A stretch of DNA of 64,000 bases from Eledone cirrhosa. Lineage: Eukaryota. Under the pieces are notes generated by a model, which saw only the letters and a program-made list of their open reading frames with translations, was not told the origin of the DNA and searched no databases. The stretch spans positions 41,788,001-41,852,000 of the forward strand of contig OZ024748.1 in assembly GCA_964016885.1 (NCBI GenBank), written 5' to 3'. Position 1 is the first letter of the stretch. Each line of letters starts with the position of its first letter. Shown here piece after piece: positions 15,001 through 30,000 of this stretch. The position numbers and the translations under genes were made by a program.

Positions 15001-18000
15001 GGAATGTCAGGTGAGCAGAGATAAACAGACAGACATGAGAGAGACACTAGGACAATTATACACAGGTGAGGGGAATGTCAGGTGAACAGAGACAGACAGA
15101 CGTGAGAGAGACACTAGGACAATTATAGACAGGTGGTGGAATGTCAGGTGAGCAGAGACAGACAGACAGACGTGAGAGAGAAACTAGGATAATTATAGAC
15201 AGGTGGGGGAATGTCAGGTGAGCAGAGACAGACAGACGTGACAACGACACTAGGACAATTATTGACAGGTGGGAGGAATGTCAGGTGAGCAGAGACAGAC
15301 AGACGTGAGGGAGACACTAGGACAATTATAGACAGGTGGGAGGAATGTCAGGTGAGCAGAGACAGACAGACAGACGTGAGACAGACACTAGGACGATTAT
15401 AGTCAGGTGGAGGGAATGTCAGGTGAGCAGTGGCAGACAGACAGACGTGAGAGAGACACTAGGACAATTATAGACAGGTGGGGGGAATGTCAGGTGAACA
15501 GAGACAGACACACAGACGGGAGAGACAGACCAGGACAATTATAGACAGGTGAGGGGGAATGGCAGGTGAGCAGAGACAAACAGACGTGAGAGAGACACTA
15601 GGACAATTATAGACAGGTGGGGGGAATGTCAGGTGAGCAGAGACAGACAGATGTGACAACGACACTAGGACAATTATAGACAGGTGGGAGGAATGTCAGG
15701 TGAGCAGAGACAGACAGACAGATGTGAGAGAGACACTAGGACAATTATAGACAGGTGGGGGAAATGTCAGGTGAGCAGAGACAGACACACAGACGTGAGA
15801 GAGACACTAGAACAATTATAGACAGGTGAGGGGAATGTCAGGTGAGCAGACAGACAGACAGATGTGAGAGAGAGACAAGGACAATTATAGACAGGTGAGG
15901 GGGAATGTCAGGTGAGCAGAGACAGACAGACATGAGAGAGACACTAGGACAATTATAGACAGGTGAGGGGGAATGTCAGGTGAGCAGAGACAGACAGACG
16001 TGAGAGAGACACTAGGACAATTATAGACAGGTGGGGGGAATGTCAGGTGAGCAGAGACAGACAGATGGACGTGAGAGAGAAACTAGGATAATAATAGACA
16101 GGTGGGGGGAATGTCAGGTGAGCAGACGCAGACAGACAGACGTGAGAGAGACACTAGGACAATTATAGTCAGTGGAGGGAATGTCAGGTGAGCAGAGACA
16201 CACAGACAGACGTGAGAGACAGACCAGGACAATTATAGACAGGTGAGGGGGAATATCAGATGAGCAGAGACAGACAGACGTGAGAGAGACACTAGGACAG
16301 TTATAGACAGGTTGAGGTAATGTCAGGTGAGCAGAGACAGACACACAGACGTGAGAGAGACACTAGGACAATTATAGACAGGTGGGGGGAATGTCAGGTG
16401 AACAGTGACAGACAGACAGACGTGAGAGACAGACCAGGACAATTATAGTCAGGTGGGGGGAATGTCAGGTGAGCATAGACAGACAGACATGAGGGAGATA
16501 CTAGGATAATTATAGACAGGTGAGGGGGATTGTCAGGTAAGCAGAGACAGACAGACGTGAGAGAGACACTAGGACAATTATAGACAGGTCAGAGGAAATG
16601 TCAGGTGAGCAGAGACAGACAGACAGACGTGAGAGAGACGCTAGAATAATTATAGACAGGTGGGAGGAATGTCAGGTGAGCAGAGACAGACAGACGTGAG
16701 AGAGACACTAGGACAATTATAGACAGGTGGGGGAAATGTCAGGTGAGCAGAGACAGACAGACAGATGTGAGAGACACTAGGACAATTAAAGACAAGTGTG
16801 GGGAATGTCAGGTGAGCAGAGACAGACAGACGTGAGAGAGACACTAGGACAATTTTAGACAGGTGGGGGGAATGTACGTGAGCAGAGACAGACAGACGTG
16901 AGAGACAGACTAGGACATTTATAGACAGGTGGGGAGAATGTCAGGTGAGCAGAGACAGACAGACATGAGGGAGACACTAGGACAATTATAGACAGGTGAC
17001 GGGGAATCTCAGGTGAGCAGAGACAGACAGACGTGAGAGAGACACTAGGACAATTATAGACAGGTGGGGTGAATCTCAGGTGAGCAGAAACAGACAGACA
17101 GACCTGAGAGAATCTAGGACAATTATAGACAGGTGAGGGGAATGTCAGGTGTGCAGAGACAGACAGACAGATGTGAGAGAGACACTAGGACAATTATAGA
17201 GAGGTGGGGAATGTCAGGTGTGCGAAGACAGACAGACAGACGTGAGAGAGATACTAGGACAATTATAGACAGGTGGGGGGAATGTCAGGTGAGCAGAGAC
17301 AGACAGACAGACGTGAGAGAGAAACTAGGATAATTATAGACAGGTGGGGGGAATGTCAGGTGAGCAGACACAGACAGACTGACATGAGGGAGACACTAGG
17401 ACAATTATAGTCAGTGGAGGGAATGTCAGGTGAGCAGAGACACACAGACAGACGTGAGAGACAGACCAGGACAATTATAGACAGGTGAGGGGGAATATCA
17501 GATGAGCAGAGACAGACAGACGTGAGAGAGACACTAGGACAATTATAGACAGGTGAAGGCGAAAGACAGGTGAGCAGAGACAGACAGACAGACATGAGAG
17601 AGACACTAGGACAATTATAGACAGGTGAGAGGGAATGTCAGGTGAGCAGAGACAGACAGCCAGACGTGAGAGAGACACTAGGACAATTATAGACAGGTAG
17701 AGGGAATGTCAGGTGAGCAGAGACAGACAGACGTGAGAGAGACACTAGGACAATTATAGACAGGTCAGAGGAAATGTCAGGTGAGCAGAGACAGACAGAC
17801 AGACGTGAGAGAGACACTAGAATAATTATAGACAGGTGGGAGGAATGTCAGGTGAGCAGGGAGAGACAGACGTGAGAGAGACACTAGGAAAATTATAGAC
17901 AGGTGGGGGGAATGTCAGGTGAGCAGAGACAGACAGACAGATGTGAGAGACACTAGGACAATTAAAGACAAGTGTGGGGAATGTCAGGTGAGCAGAGACA

Positions 18001-21000
18001 GAGAGACAGACGTGAGAGAGACACTAGGACAATTTTAGACAGGTGGGGGGAATGTACGTGAGCAGAGACAGACTGACGTGACAGACAGACTAGGACATTT
18101 ATAGACAGGTGGGGAGAATGTCAGGTGAGCAGAGACAGACAGACATGAGGGAGACACTAGGACAATTATAGACAGGTGACGGGGAATCTCAGGTGAGCAG
18201 AGACAGACAGACATGAGGGAGACACTAGGACAATTATAGACAGGTGACGGGGAATCTCAGGTGAGCAGAGACAGACAGACGTGAGAGAGACACTAGGACA
18301 ATTATAGACAGATGGGGAGAATCTCAGGTGAGCAGAAACAGACAGACAGACCTGAGAGAATCTAGGACAATTATAGACAGGTGAGGGGAATGTCAGGTGT
18401 GCAGAGACAGACAGACAGATGTGAGAGAGACACTAGGACAATTATAGACAGGTGGGAGGAATATCAGGTTAGCAGAGACAGACGTGAGAGAGACACTAGG
18501 ACAATTATAGACAGGTGGGGAATGTCAGGTGTGCGAAGACAGACAGACAGACGTGAGAGAGACACTAGGATAATTATAGACAGGTGGGGGGAATGTCAGG
18601 TGAGCAGAGACAGACAGATGTACGTGAGAGAGAAACTAGGATAATAATAGACAGGTGGGGGGAATGTCAGGTGAGCAGACGCAGACAGACAGACTTGAGA
18701 GAGACACTAGGACAATTATAGTCAGTGGAGGGAATGTCAGGTGAGCAGAGACACACAGACAGACGTGAGAGACAGACCAGGACAATTATAGACAGGTGAG
18801 GGGGAATATCAGATGAGCAGAGACAGACAGACGTGAGAGAGACACTAGGACAATTATAGACAGGTCAGAGGAAATGTCAGGTGAGCAGAGACAGACAGAC
18901 AGACGTGAGAGAGACGCTAGAATAATTATAGACAGGTGGGAGGAATGTCAGGTGAGCAGAGACAGACAGACGTGAGAGAGACACTAGGACAATTATAGAC
19001 AGGTGGGGGAAATGTCAGGTGAGCAGAGACAGACAGACAGATGTGAGAGACACTAGGACAATTAAAGACAAGTGTGGGGAATGTCAGGTGAGCAGAGACA
19101 GACAGACGTGAGAGAGACACTAGGACAATTTTAGACAGGTGGGGGGAATGTACGTGAGCAGAGACAGACAGACGTGAGAGACAGACTAGGACATTTATAG
19201 ACAGGTGGGGAGAATGTCAGGTGAGCAGAGACAGACAGACATGAGGGAGACACTAGGACAATTATAGACAGGTGACGGGGAATCTCAGGTGAGCAGAGAC
19301 AGACAGACGTGAGAGAGACACTAGGGCAATTATAGACAGGTGGGGTGAATCTCAGGTGAGCAGAAACAGACAGACAGACCTGAGAGAATCTAGGACAATT
19401 ATAGACAGGTGAGGGGAATGTCAGGTGTGCAGAGACAGACAGACAGATGTGAGAGAGACACTAGGACAATTATAGAGAGGTGGGGAATGTCAGGTGTGCG
19501 AAGACAGACAGACAGACGTGAGAGAGATACTAGGACAATTATAGACAGGTGGGGGGAATGTCAGGTGAGCAGAGACAGACAGACAGACGTGAGAGAGAAA
19601 CTAGGATAATTATAGACAGGTGGGGGGAATGTCAGGTGAGCAGACACAGACAGACAGACATGAGGGAGACACTAGGACAATTATAGTCAGTGGAGGGAAT
19701 GTCAGGTGAGCAGAGACACACAGACAGACGTGAGAGACAGACCAGGACAATTATAGACAGGTGAGGGGGAATATCAGATGAGCAGAGACAGACAGACGTG
19801 AGAGAGACACTAGGACAATTATAGACAGGTGAAGGCGAAAGACAGGTGAGCAGAGACAGACAGACAGACATGAGAGAGACACTAGGACAATTATAGACAG
19901 GTGAGAGGGAATGTCAGGTGAGCAGAGACAGACAGCCAGACGTGAGAGAGACACTAGGACAATTATAGACAGGTAGAGGGAATGTCAGGTGAGCAGAGAC
20001 AGACAGACGTGAGAGAGACACTAGGACAATTATAGACAGGTCAGAGGAAATGTCAGGTGAGCAGAGACAGACAGACAGACGTGAGAGAGACACTAGAATA
20101 ATTATAGACAGGTGGGAGGAATGTCAGGTGAGCAGAGAGAGACAGACGTGAGAGAGACACTAGGAAAATTATAGACAGGTGGGGGGAATGTCAGGTGAGC
20201 AGAGACAGACAGACAGATGTGAGAGACACTAGGACAATTAAAGACAAGTGTGGGGAATGTCAGGTGAGCAGAGACAGAGAGACAGACGTGAGAGAGACAC
20301 TAGGACAATTTTAGACAGGTGGGGGGAATGTACGTGAGCAGAGACAGACTGACGTGACAGACAGACTAGGACATTTATAGACAGGTGGGGAGAATGTCAG
20401 GTGAGCAGAGACAGACAGACATGAGGGAGACACTAGGACAATTATAGACAGGTGACGGGGAATCTCAGGTGAGCAGAGACAGACAGACATGAGGGAGACA
20501 CTAGGACAATTATAGACAGGTGACGGGGAATCTCAGGTGAGCAGAGACAGACAGACGTGAGAGAGACACTAGGACAATTATAGACAGATGGGGAGAATCT
20601 CAGGTGAGCAGAAACAGACAGACAGACCTGAGAGAATCTAGGACAATTATAGACAGGTGAGGGGAATGTCAGGTGTGCAGAGACAGACAGACAGATGTGA
20701 GAGAGACACTAGGACAATTATAGACAGGTGGGAGGAATATCAGGTTAGCAGAGACAGACGTGAGAGAGACACTAGGACAATTATAGACAGGTGGGGAATG
20801 TCAGGTGTGCGAAGACAGACAGACAGACGTGAGAGAGACACTAGGATAATTATAGACAGGTGGGGGGAATGTCAGGTGAGCAGAGACAGACAGATGTACG
20901 TGAGAGAGAAACTAGGATAATAATAGACAGGTGGGGGGAATGTCAGGTGAGCAGACGCAGACAGACAGACGTGAGAGAGACACTAGGACAATTATAGTCA

Positions 21001-24000
21001 GTGGAGGGAATGTCAGGTGAGCAGAGACACACAGACAGACGTGAGAGACAGACCAGGACAATTATAGACAGGTGAGGGGGAATATCAGATGAGCAGAGAC
21101 AGACAGACGTGAGAGAGACACTAGGACAATTATAGACAGGTCAGAGGAAATGTCAGGTGAGCAGAGACAGACAGACAGACGTGAGAGAGACGCTAGAATA
21201 ATTATAGACAGGTGGGAGGAATGTCAGGTGAGCAGAGACAGACAGACGTGAGAGAGACACTAGGACAATTATAGACAGGTGGGGGAAATGTCAGGTGAGC
21301 AGAGACAGACAGACAGATGTGAGAGACACTAGGACAATTAAAGACAAGTGTGGGGAATGTCAGGTGAGCAGAGACAGACAGACGTGAGAGAGACACTAGG
21401 ACAATTTTAGACAGGTGGGGGGAATGTACGTGAGCAGAGACAGACAGACGTGAGAGACAGACTAGGACATTTATAGACAGGTGGGGAGAATGTCAGGTGA
21501 GCAGAGACAGACAGACATGAGGGAGACACTAGGACAATTATAGACAGGTGACGGGGAATCTCAGGTGAGCAGAGACAGACAGACGTGAGAGAGACACTAG
21601 GGCAATTATAGACAGGTGGGGTGAATCTCAGGTGAGCAGAAACAGACAGACAGACCTGAGAGAATCTAGGACAATTATAGACAGGTGAGGGGAATGTCAG
21701 GTGTGCAGAGACAGACAGACAGATGTGAGAGAGACACTAGGACAATTATAGAGAGGTGGGGAATGTCAGGTGTGCGAAGACAGACAGACAGACGTGAGAG
21801 AGATACTAGGACAATTATAGACAGGTGGGGGGAATGTCAGGTGAGCAGAGACAGACAGACAGACGTGAGAGAGAAACTAGGATAATTATAGACAGGTGGG
21901 GGGAATGTCAGGTGAGCAGACACAGACAGACAGACATGAGGGAGACACTAGGACAATTATAGTCAGTGGAGGGAATGTCAGGTGAGCAGAGACACACAGA
22001 CAGACGTGAGAGACAGACCAGGACAATTATAGACAGGTGAGGGGGAATATCAGATGAGCAGAGACAGACAGACGTGAGAGAGACACTAGGACAATTATAG
22101 ACAGGTGAAGGCGAAAGACAGGTGAGCAGAGACAGACAGACAGACATGAGAGAGACACTAGGACAATTATAGACAGGTGAGAGGGAATGTCAGGTGAGCA
22201 GAGACAGACAGCCAGACGTGAGAGAGACACTAGGACAATTATAGACAGGTAGAGGGAATGTCAGGTGAGCAGAGACAGACAGACGTGAGAGAGACACTAG
22301 GACAATTATAGACAGGTCAGAGGAAATGTCAGGTGAGCAGAGACAGACAGACAGACGTGAGAGAGACACTAGAATAATTATAGACAGGTGGGAGGAATGT
22401 CAGGTGAGCAGAGAGAGACAGACGTGAGAGAGACACTAGGAAAATTATAGACAGGTGGGGGGAATGTCAGGTGAGCAGAGACAGACAGACAGATGTGAGA
22501 GACACTAGGACAATTAAAGACAAGTGTGGGGAATGTCAGGTGAGCAGAGACAGAGAGACAGACGTGAGAGAGACACTAGGACAATTTTAGACAGGTGGGG
22601 GGAATGTACGTGAGCAGAGACAGACTGACGTGACAGACAGACTAGGACATTTATAGACAGGTGGGGAGAATGTCAGGTGAGCAGAGACAGACAGACATGA
22701 GGGAGACACTAGGACAATTATAGACAGGTGACGGGGAATCTCAGGTGAGCAGAGACAGACAGACATGAGGGAGACACTAGGACAATTATAGACAGGTGAC
22801 GGGGAATCTCAGGTGAGCAGAGACAGACAGACGTGAGAGAGACACTAGGACAATTATAGACAGATGGGGAGAATCTCAGGTGAGCAGAAACAGACAGACA
22901 GACCTGAGAGAATCTAGGACAATTATAGACAGGTGAGGGGAATGTCAGGTGTGCAGAGACAGACAGACAGATGTGAGAGAGACACTAGGACAATTATAGA
23001 CAGGTGGGAGGAATATCAGGTTAGCAGAGACAGACGTGAGAGAGACACTAGGACAATTATAGACAGGTGGGGAATGTCAGGTGTGCGAAGACAGACAGAC
23101 AGACGTGAGAGAGACACTAGGATAATTATAGACAGGTGGGGGGAATGTCAGGTGAGCAGAGACAGACAGATGTACGTGAGAGAGAAACTAGGATAATAAT
23201 AGACAGGTGGGGGGAATGTCAGGTGAGCAGACGCAGACAGACAGACGTGAGAGAGACACTAGGACAATTATAGTCAGTGGAGGGAATGTCAGGTGAGCAG
23301 AGACACACAGACAGACGTGAGAGACAGACCAGGACAATTATAGACAGGTGAGGGGGAATATCAGATGAGCAGAGACAGACAGACGTGAGAGAGACACTAG
23401 GACAATTATAGACAGGTCAGAGGAAATGTCAGGTGAGCAGAGACAGACAGACAGACGTGAGAGAGACGCTAGAATAATTATAGACAGGTGGGAGGAATGT
23501 CAGGTGAGCAGAGACAGACAGACGTGAGAGAGACACTAGGACAATTATAGACAGGTGGGGGAAATGTCAGGTGAGCAGAGACAGACAGACAGATGTGAGA
23601 GACACTAGGACAATTAAAGACAAGTGTGGGGAATGTCAGGTGAGCAGAGACAGACAGACGTGAGAGAGACACTAGGACAATTTTAGACAGGTGGGGGGAA
23701 TGTACGTGAGCAGAGACAGACAGACGTGAGAGACAGACTAGGACATTTATAGACAGGTGGGGAGAATGTCAGGTGAGCAGAGACAGACAGACATGAGGGA
23801 GACACTAGGACAATTATAGACAGGTGACGGGGAATCTCAGGTGAGCAGAGACAGACAGACGTGAGAGAGACACTAGGGCAATTATAGACAGGTGGGGTGA
23901 ATCTCAGGTGAGCAGAAACAGACAGACAGACCTGAGAGAATCTAGGACAATTATAGACAGGTGAGGGGAATGTCAGGTGTGCAGAGACAGACAGACAGAT

Positions 24001-27000
24001 GTGAGAGAGACACTAGGACAATTATAGAGAGGTGGGGAATGTCAGGTGTGCGAAGACAGACAGACAGACGTGAGAGAGATACTAGGACAATTATAGACAG
24101 GTGGGGGGAATGTCAGGTGAGCAGAGACAGACAGACAGACGTGAGAGAGAAACTAGGATAATTATAGACAGGTGGGGGGAATGTCAGGTGAGCAGACACA
24201 GACAGACAGACATGAGGGAGACACTAGGACAATTATAGTCAGTGGAGGGAATGTCAGGTGAGCAGAGACACACAGACAGACGTGAGAGACAGACCAGGAC
24301 AATTATAGACAGGTGAGGGGGAATATCAGATGAGCAGAGACAGACAGACGTGAGAGAGACACTAGGACAATTATAGACAGGTGAAGGCGAAAGACAGGTG
24401 AGCAGAGACAGACAGACAGACATGAGAGAGACACTAGGACAATTATAGACAGGTGAGAGGGAATGTCAGGTGAGCAGAGACAGACAGCCAGACGTGAGAG
24501 AGACACTAGGACAATTATAGACAGGTAGAGGGAATGTCAGGTGAGCAGAGACAGACAGACGTGAGAGAGACACTAGGACAATTATAGACAGGTCAGAGGA
24601 AATGTCAGGTGAGCAGAGACAGACAGACAGACGTGAGAGAGACACTAGAATAATTATAGACAGGTGGGAGGAATGTCAGGTGAGCAGAGAGAGACAGACG
24701 TGAGAGAGACACTAGGAAAATTATAGACAGGTGGGGGGAATGTCAGGTGAGCAGAGACAGACAGACAGATGTGAGAGACACTAGGACAATTAAAGACAAG
24801 TGTGGGGAATGTCAGGTGAGCAGAGACAGAGAGACAGACGTGAGAGAGACACTAGGACAATTTTAGACAGGTGGGGGGAATGTACGTGAGCAGAGACAGA
24901 CTGACGTGACAGACAGACTAGGACATTTATAGACAGGTGGGGAGAATGTCAGGTGAGCAGAGACAGACAGACATGAGGGAGACACTAGGACAATTATAGA
25001 CAGGTGACGGGGAATCTCAGGTGAGCAGAGACAGACAGACATGAGGGAGACACTAGGACAATTATAGACAGGTGACGGGGAATCTCAGGTGAGCAGAGAC
25101 AGACAGACGTGAGAGAGACACTAGGACAATTATAGACAGATGGGGAGAATCTCAGGTGAGCAGAAACAGACAGACAGACCTGAGAGAATCTAGGACAATT
25201 ATAGACAGGTGAGGGGAATGTCAGGTGTGCAGAGACAGACAGACAGATGTGAGAGAGACACTAGGACAATTATAGACAGGTGGGAGGAATATCAGGTGAG
25301 CAGAGACAGACGTGAGAGAGACACTAGGACAATTATAGACAGGTGGGGAATGTCAGGTGTGCGAAGACAGACAGACAGACGTGAGAGAGACACTAGGATA
25401 ATTATAGACAGGTGGGGGGAATGTCAGGTGAGCAGAGACAGACAGATGTACGTGAGAGAGAAACTAGGATAATAATAGACAGGTGGGGGGAATGTCAGGT
25501 GAGCAGACGCAGACAGACAGACGTGATAGAGACACTAGGACAATTATAGTCAGTGGAGGGAATGTCAGGTGAGCAGAGACACACAGACAGACGTGAGAGA
25601 CAGACCAGGACAATTATAGACAGGTGAGGGGGAATATCAGATGAGCAGAGACAGACAGACGTGAGAGAGACACTAGGACAATTATAGACAGGTTGAGGTA
25701 ATGTCAGGTGAGCAGAGACAGACACACAGACGTGAGAGAGACACTAGGACAATTATAGACAGGTGGGGGGAATGTCAGGTGAACAGAGACAGACAGACGT
25801 GAGAGAGACACTAGGACAATTATAGACAGGTGAGGGGAAATGTCAGGTGAGCAGAGACAGACAGACGTGAGAGAGACACTAGGACAATTATAGACAGGTG
25901 GGAGAATGTCAGGTGAGCAGAGACAGACAGACAGACATGAGAGAGACACTAGGCCAATTATAGACAGGTGGGAGGAATGTCAGGTGAGCAGAGATAAACA
26001 GACAGACATGAGAGAGACACTAGGACAATTATAGACAGGTGAGGGGAATGTCAGGTGAACAGAGACAGACAGACGTGAGAGAGACACTAGGACAATTATA
26101 GACAGGTGGTGGAATGTCAGGTGAGCAGAGACAGACAGACAGACGTGAAAGAGAAACTAGGATAATTATAGACAGGTGGGGGAATGTCAGGTGAGCAGAG
26201 ACAGACAGACGTGACAACGACACTAGGACAATTATAGACAGGTGGGAGGAATGTCAGGTGAGCAGAGACAGACAGACAGATGTGAGACAGACACTAGGAC
26301 GATTATAGTCAGGTGGAGGGAATGTCAGGTGAGCAGTGGCAGACAGACAGACGTGAGAGAGACACTAGGACAATTATAGACAGGTGGGGGGAATGTCAGG
26401 TGAACAGAGACAGACACACAGACGTGAGAGACAGACCGGGACAATTATAGACAGGTGAGGGGGAATGTCAGGTGAGCAGAGACAGACAGACGTGAGAGAG
26501 ACACTAGGACAATTATAGACAGGTGGGGGGAATGTCAGGTGAACAGAGACAGACACACAGACGTGAGAGACAGACCGGGACAATTATAGACAGGTGGGGG
26601 AAATGTCAGGTGAGCAGAGACAGACACACAGACGTGAGAGAGACACTAGAACAATTATAGACAGGTGAGGGGAATGTCAGGTGAGCAGAGACAGACAGAC
26701 AGATGTGAGAGAGAGACAAGGACAATTATAGACACGTGAGGGGGAATGTCAGGTGAGCAGAGACAGACAGACATGAGAGAGACACTAGGACAATTATAGA
26801 CAGGTGAGGGGGAATGTCAGGTGAGCAGAGACAGACAGACGTGAGAGAGACACTAGGACAATTATAGACAGGTGGGGGGAATGTCAGGTGAGCAGAGACA
26901 GACAGATGGACGTGAGAGAGAAACTAGGATAATAATAGACAGGTGGGGGGAATGTCAGGTGAGCAGACGCAGACAGACAGACGTGAGAGAGACACTAGGA

Positions 27001-30000
27001 CAATTATAGTCAGTGGAGGGAATGTCAGCTGAGCAGAGACACACAGACAGACGTGAGAGACAGACCAGGACAATTATAGACAGGTGAGGGGGAATATCAG
27101 ATGAGCAGAGACAGACAGACGTGAGAGAGACACTAGGACAGTTATAGACAGGTTGAGGTAATGTCAGGTGAGCAGAGACAGACACACAGACGTGAGAGAG
27201 ACACTAGGACAATTATAGACAGATGGGGGGAATGTCAGGTGAACAGTGACAGACAGACAGACGTAAGAGACAGACCAGGACAATTATAGTCAGGTAGGGG
27301 GAATGTCAGGTGAGCAGAGACAGACAGACATGAGGGAGATACTAGGATAATTATAGACAGGTGAGGGGGATTGTCAGGTAAGCAGAGACAGACAGACGTG
27401 AGAGAGACACTAGGACAATTATAGACAGGTCAGAGGAAATGTCAGGTGAGCAGAGACAGACAGACAGACGTGAGAGAGACGCTAGAATAATTATAGACAG
27501 GCGGGAGGAATGTCAGGTGAGCAGAGACAGACAGACGTGAGAGAGACACTAGGACAATTATAGACAGGTGGGGGAAATGTCAGGTGAGCAGAGACAGACA
27601 GACAGATGTGAGAGACACTAGGACAATTAAAGACAAGTGTGGGGAATGTCAGGTGAGCAGAGACAGACAGACGTGAGAGAGACACTAGGACAATTATAGA
27701 CAGGTGGGGTGAATCTCAGGTGAGCAGAAACAGACAGACAGACCTGAGAGAATCTAGGACAATTATAGACAGGTGAGGGGAATGTCAGGTGTGCAGAGAC
27801 AGACAGACAGATGTGAGAGAGACACTAGGACAATTATAGAGAGGTGGGGAATGTCAGGTGTGCGAAGACAGACAGACAGACGTGAGAGAGACACTAGGAC
27901 AAATATAGACAGGTGGGGGGAATGTCAGGTGAGCAGAGACAGACAGACAGACGTGAGAGAGAAACTAGGATAATTATAGACAGGTGGGGGGAATGTCAGG
28001 TGAGCAGACACAGACAGACAGACATGAGAGAGACACTAGGACAATTATAGTCAGTGGAGGGAATGTCAGGTGAGCAAAGACACACAGACAGACGTGAGAG
28101 ACAGACCAGGACAATTATAGACAGGTGAGGGGGAATATCAGATGAGCAGAGACAGACAGACGTGAGAGAGACACTAGGACAATTATAGACAGGTGAAGGG
28201 GAAAGACAGGTGAGCAGAGACAGACAGACAGACATGAGAGAGACACTAGGACAATTATAGACAGGTGAGAGGGAATGTCAGGTGAGCAGAGACAGACAGA
28301 CGTGAGAGAGACACTAGGACAATTATAGACAGGTCAGAGGAAATGTCAGGTGAGCAGAGACAGACAGACAGACGTGAGAGAGACACTAGAATAATTATAG
28401 ACAGGTGGGAGGAATGTCAGGTGAGCAGAGAGAGACAGACGTGAGAGAGACACTAGGACAATTATAGACAGGTGGGGGGAATGTCAGGTGAGCAGAGACA
28501 GACAGACAGATGTGAGAGACACTAGGACAATTAAAGACAAGTGTGGGGAATGTCAGGTGAGCAGAGACAGAGAGACAGACGTGAGAGAGACACTAGGACA
28601 ATTTTAGACAGGTGGGGGGAATGTACGTGAGCAGAGACAGACAGACGTGACAGACAGACTAGGACATTTATAGACAGGTGGGGAGAATGTCAGGTGAGCA
28701 GAGACAGACAGACATGAGGGAGACACTAGGACAATTATAGACAGGTGACGGGGAATCTCAGGTGAGCAGAGACAGACAGACGTGAGAGAGACACTAGGAC
28801 AATTATAGACAGATGGGGAGAATCTCAGGTGAGCAGAAACAGACAGACAGACCTGAGAGAATCTAGGACAATTATAGACAGGTGAGGGGAATGTCAGGTG
28901 TGCAGAGACAGACAGACAGATGTGAGAGAGACACTAGGACAATTATAGACAGGTGGGAGGAATATCAGGTGAGCAGAGACAGACGTGAGAGAGACACTAG
29001 GACAATTATAGACAGGTGGGGAATGTCAGGTGTGCGAAGACAGACAGACAGACGTGAGAGAGACACTAGGACAATTATAGACAGGTGGGGGGAATGTCAG
29101 GTGAGCAGAGACAGACAGATGGACGTGAGAGAGAAACTAGGATAATAATAGACAGGTGGGGGGAATGTCAAGTGAGCAGACGCAGACAGACAGACGTGAG
29201 AGAGACACTAGGACAATTATAGTCAGTGGAGGGAATGTCAGGTGAGCAGAGACACACAGACAGACGTGAGAGACAGACCAGGACAATTATAGACAGGTGA
29301 GGAGGAATATCAGATGAGCAGAGACAGACAGACGTGAGAGAGACACTAGGACAATTATAGACAGGTTGAGGTAATGTCAGGTGAGCAGAGACAGACACAC
29401 AGACGTGAGAGAGACACTAGGACAATTATAGACAGGTGGGGGGAATGTCAGGTGAACAGTGACAGACAGACAGACGTGAGAGACAGACCAGGACAATTAT
29501 AGTCAGGTGGGGGGAATGTCAGGTGAGCAGAGACAGACAGACATGAGGGAGATACTAGGATAATTATAGACAGGTGAGGGGGATTGTCAGGTAAGCAGAG
29601 ACAGACAGACGTGAGAGAGACACTAGGACAATTATAGACAGGTCAGAGGAAATGTCAGGTGAGCAGAGACAGACAGACAGACATGAGGGAGATACTAGGA
29701 TAATTATAGACAGGTGGGGAGAATGTCAGGTGAGCAGAGACAGACAGACATGAGGGAGACACTAGGACAATTATAGACAGGTGACGGGGAATCTCAGGTG
29801 AGCAGAGACAGACAGACGTGAGAGAGACACTAGGACAATTATAGACAGGTGGGGTGAATCTCAGGTGAGCAGAAACAGACAGACAGACCTGAGAGAATCT
29901 AGGACAATTATAGACAGGTGAGGGGAATGTCAGGTGTGCAGAGACAGACAGACAGATGTGAGAGAGACACTAGGACAATTATAGAGAGGTGGGGAATGTC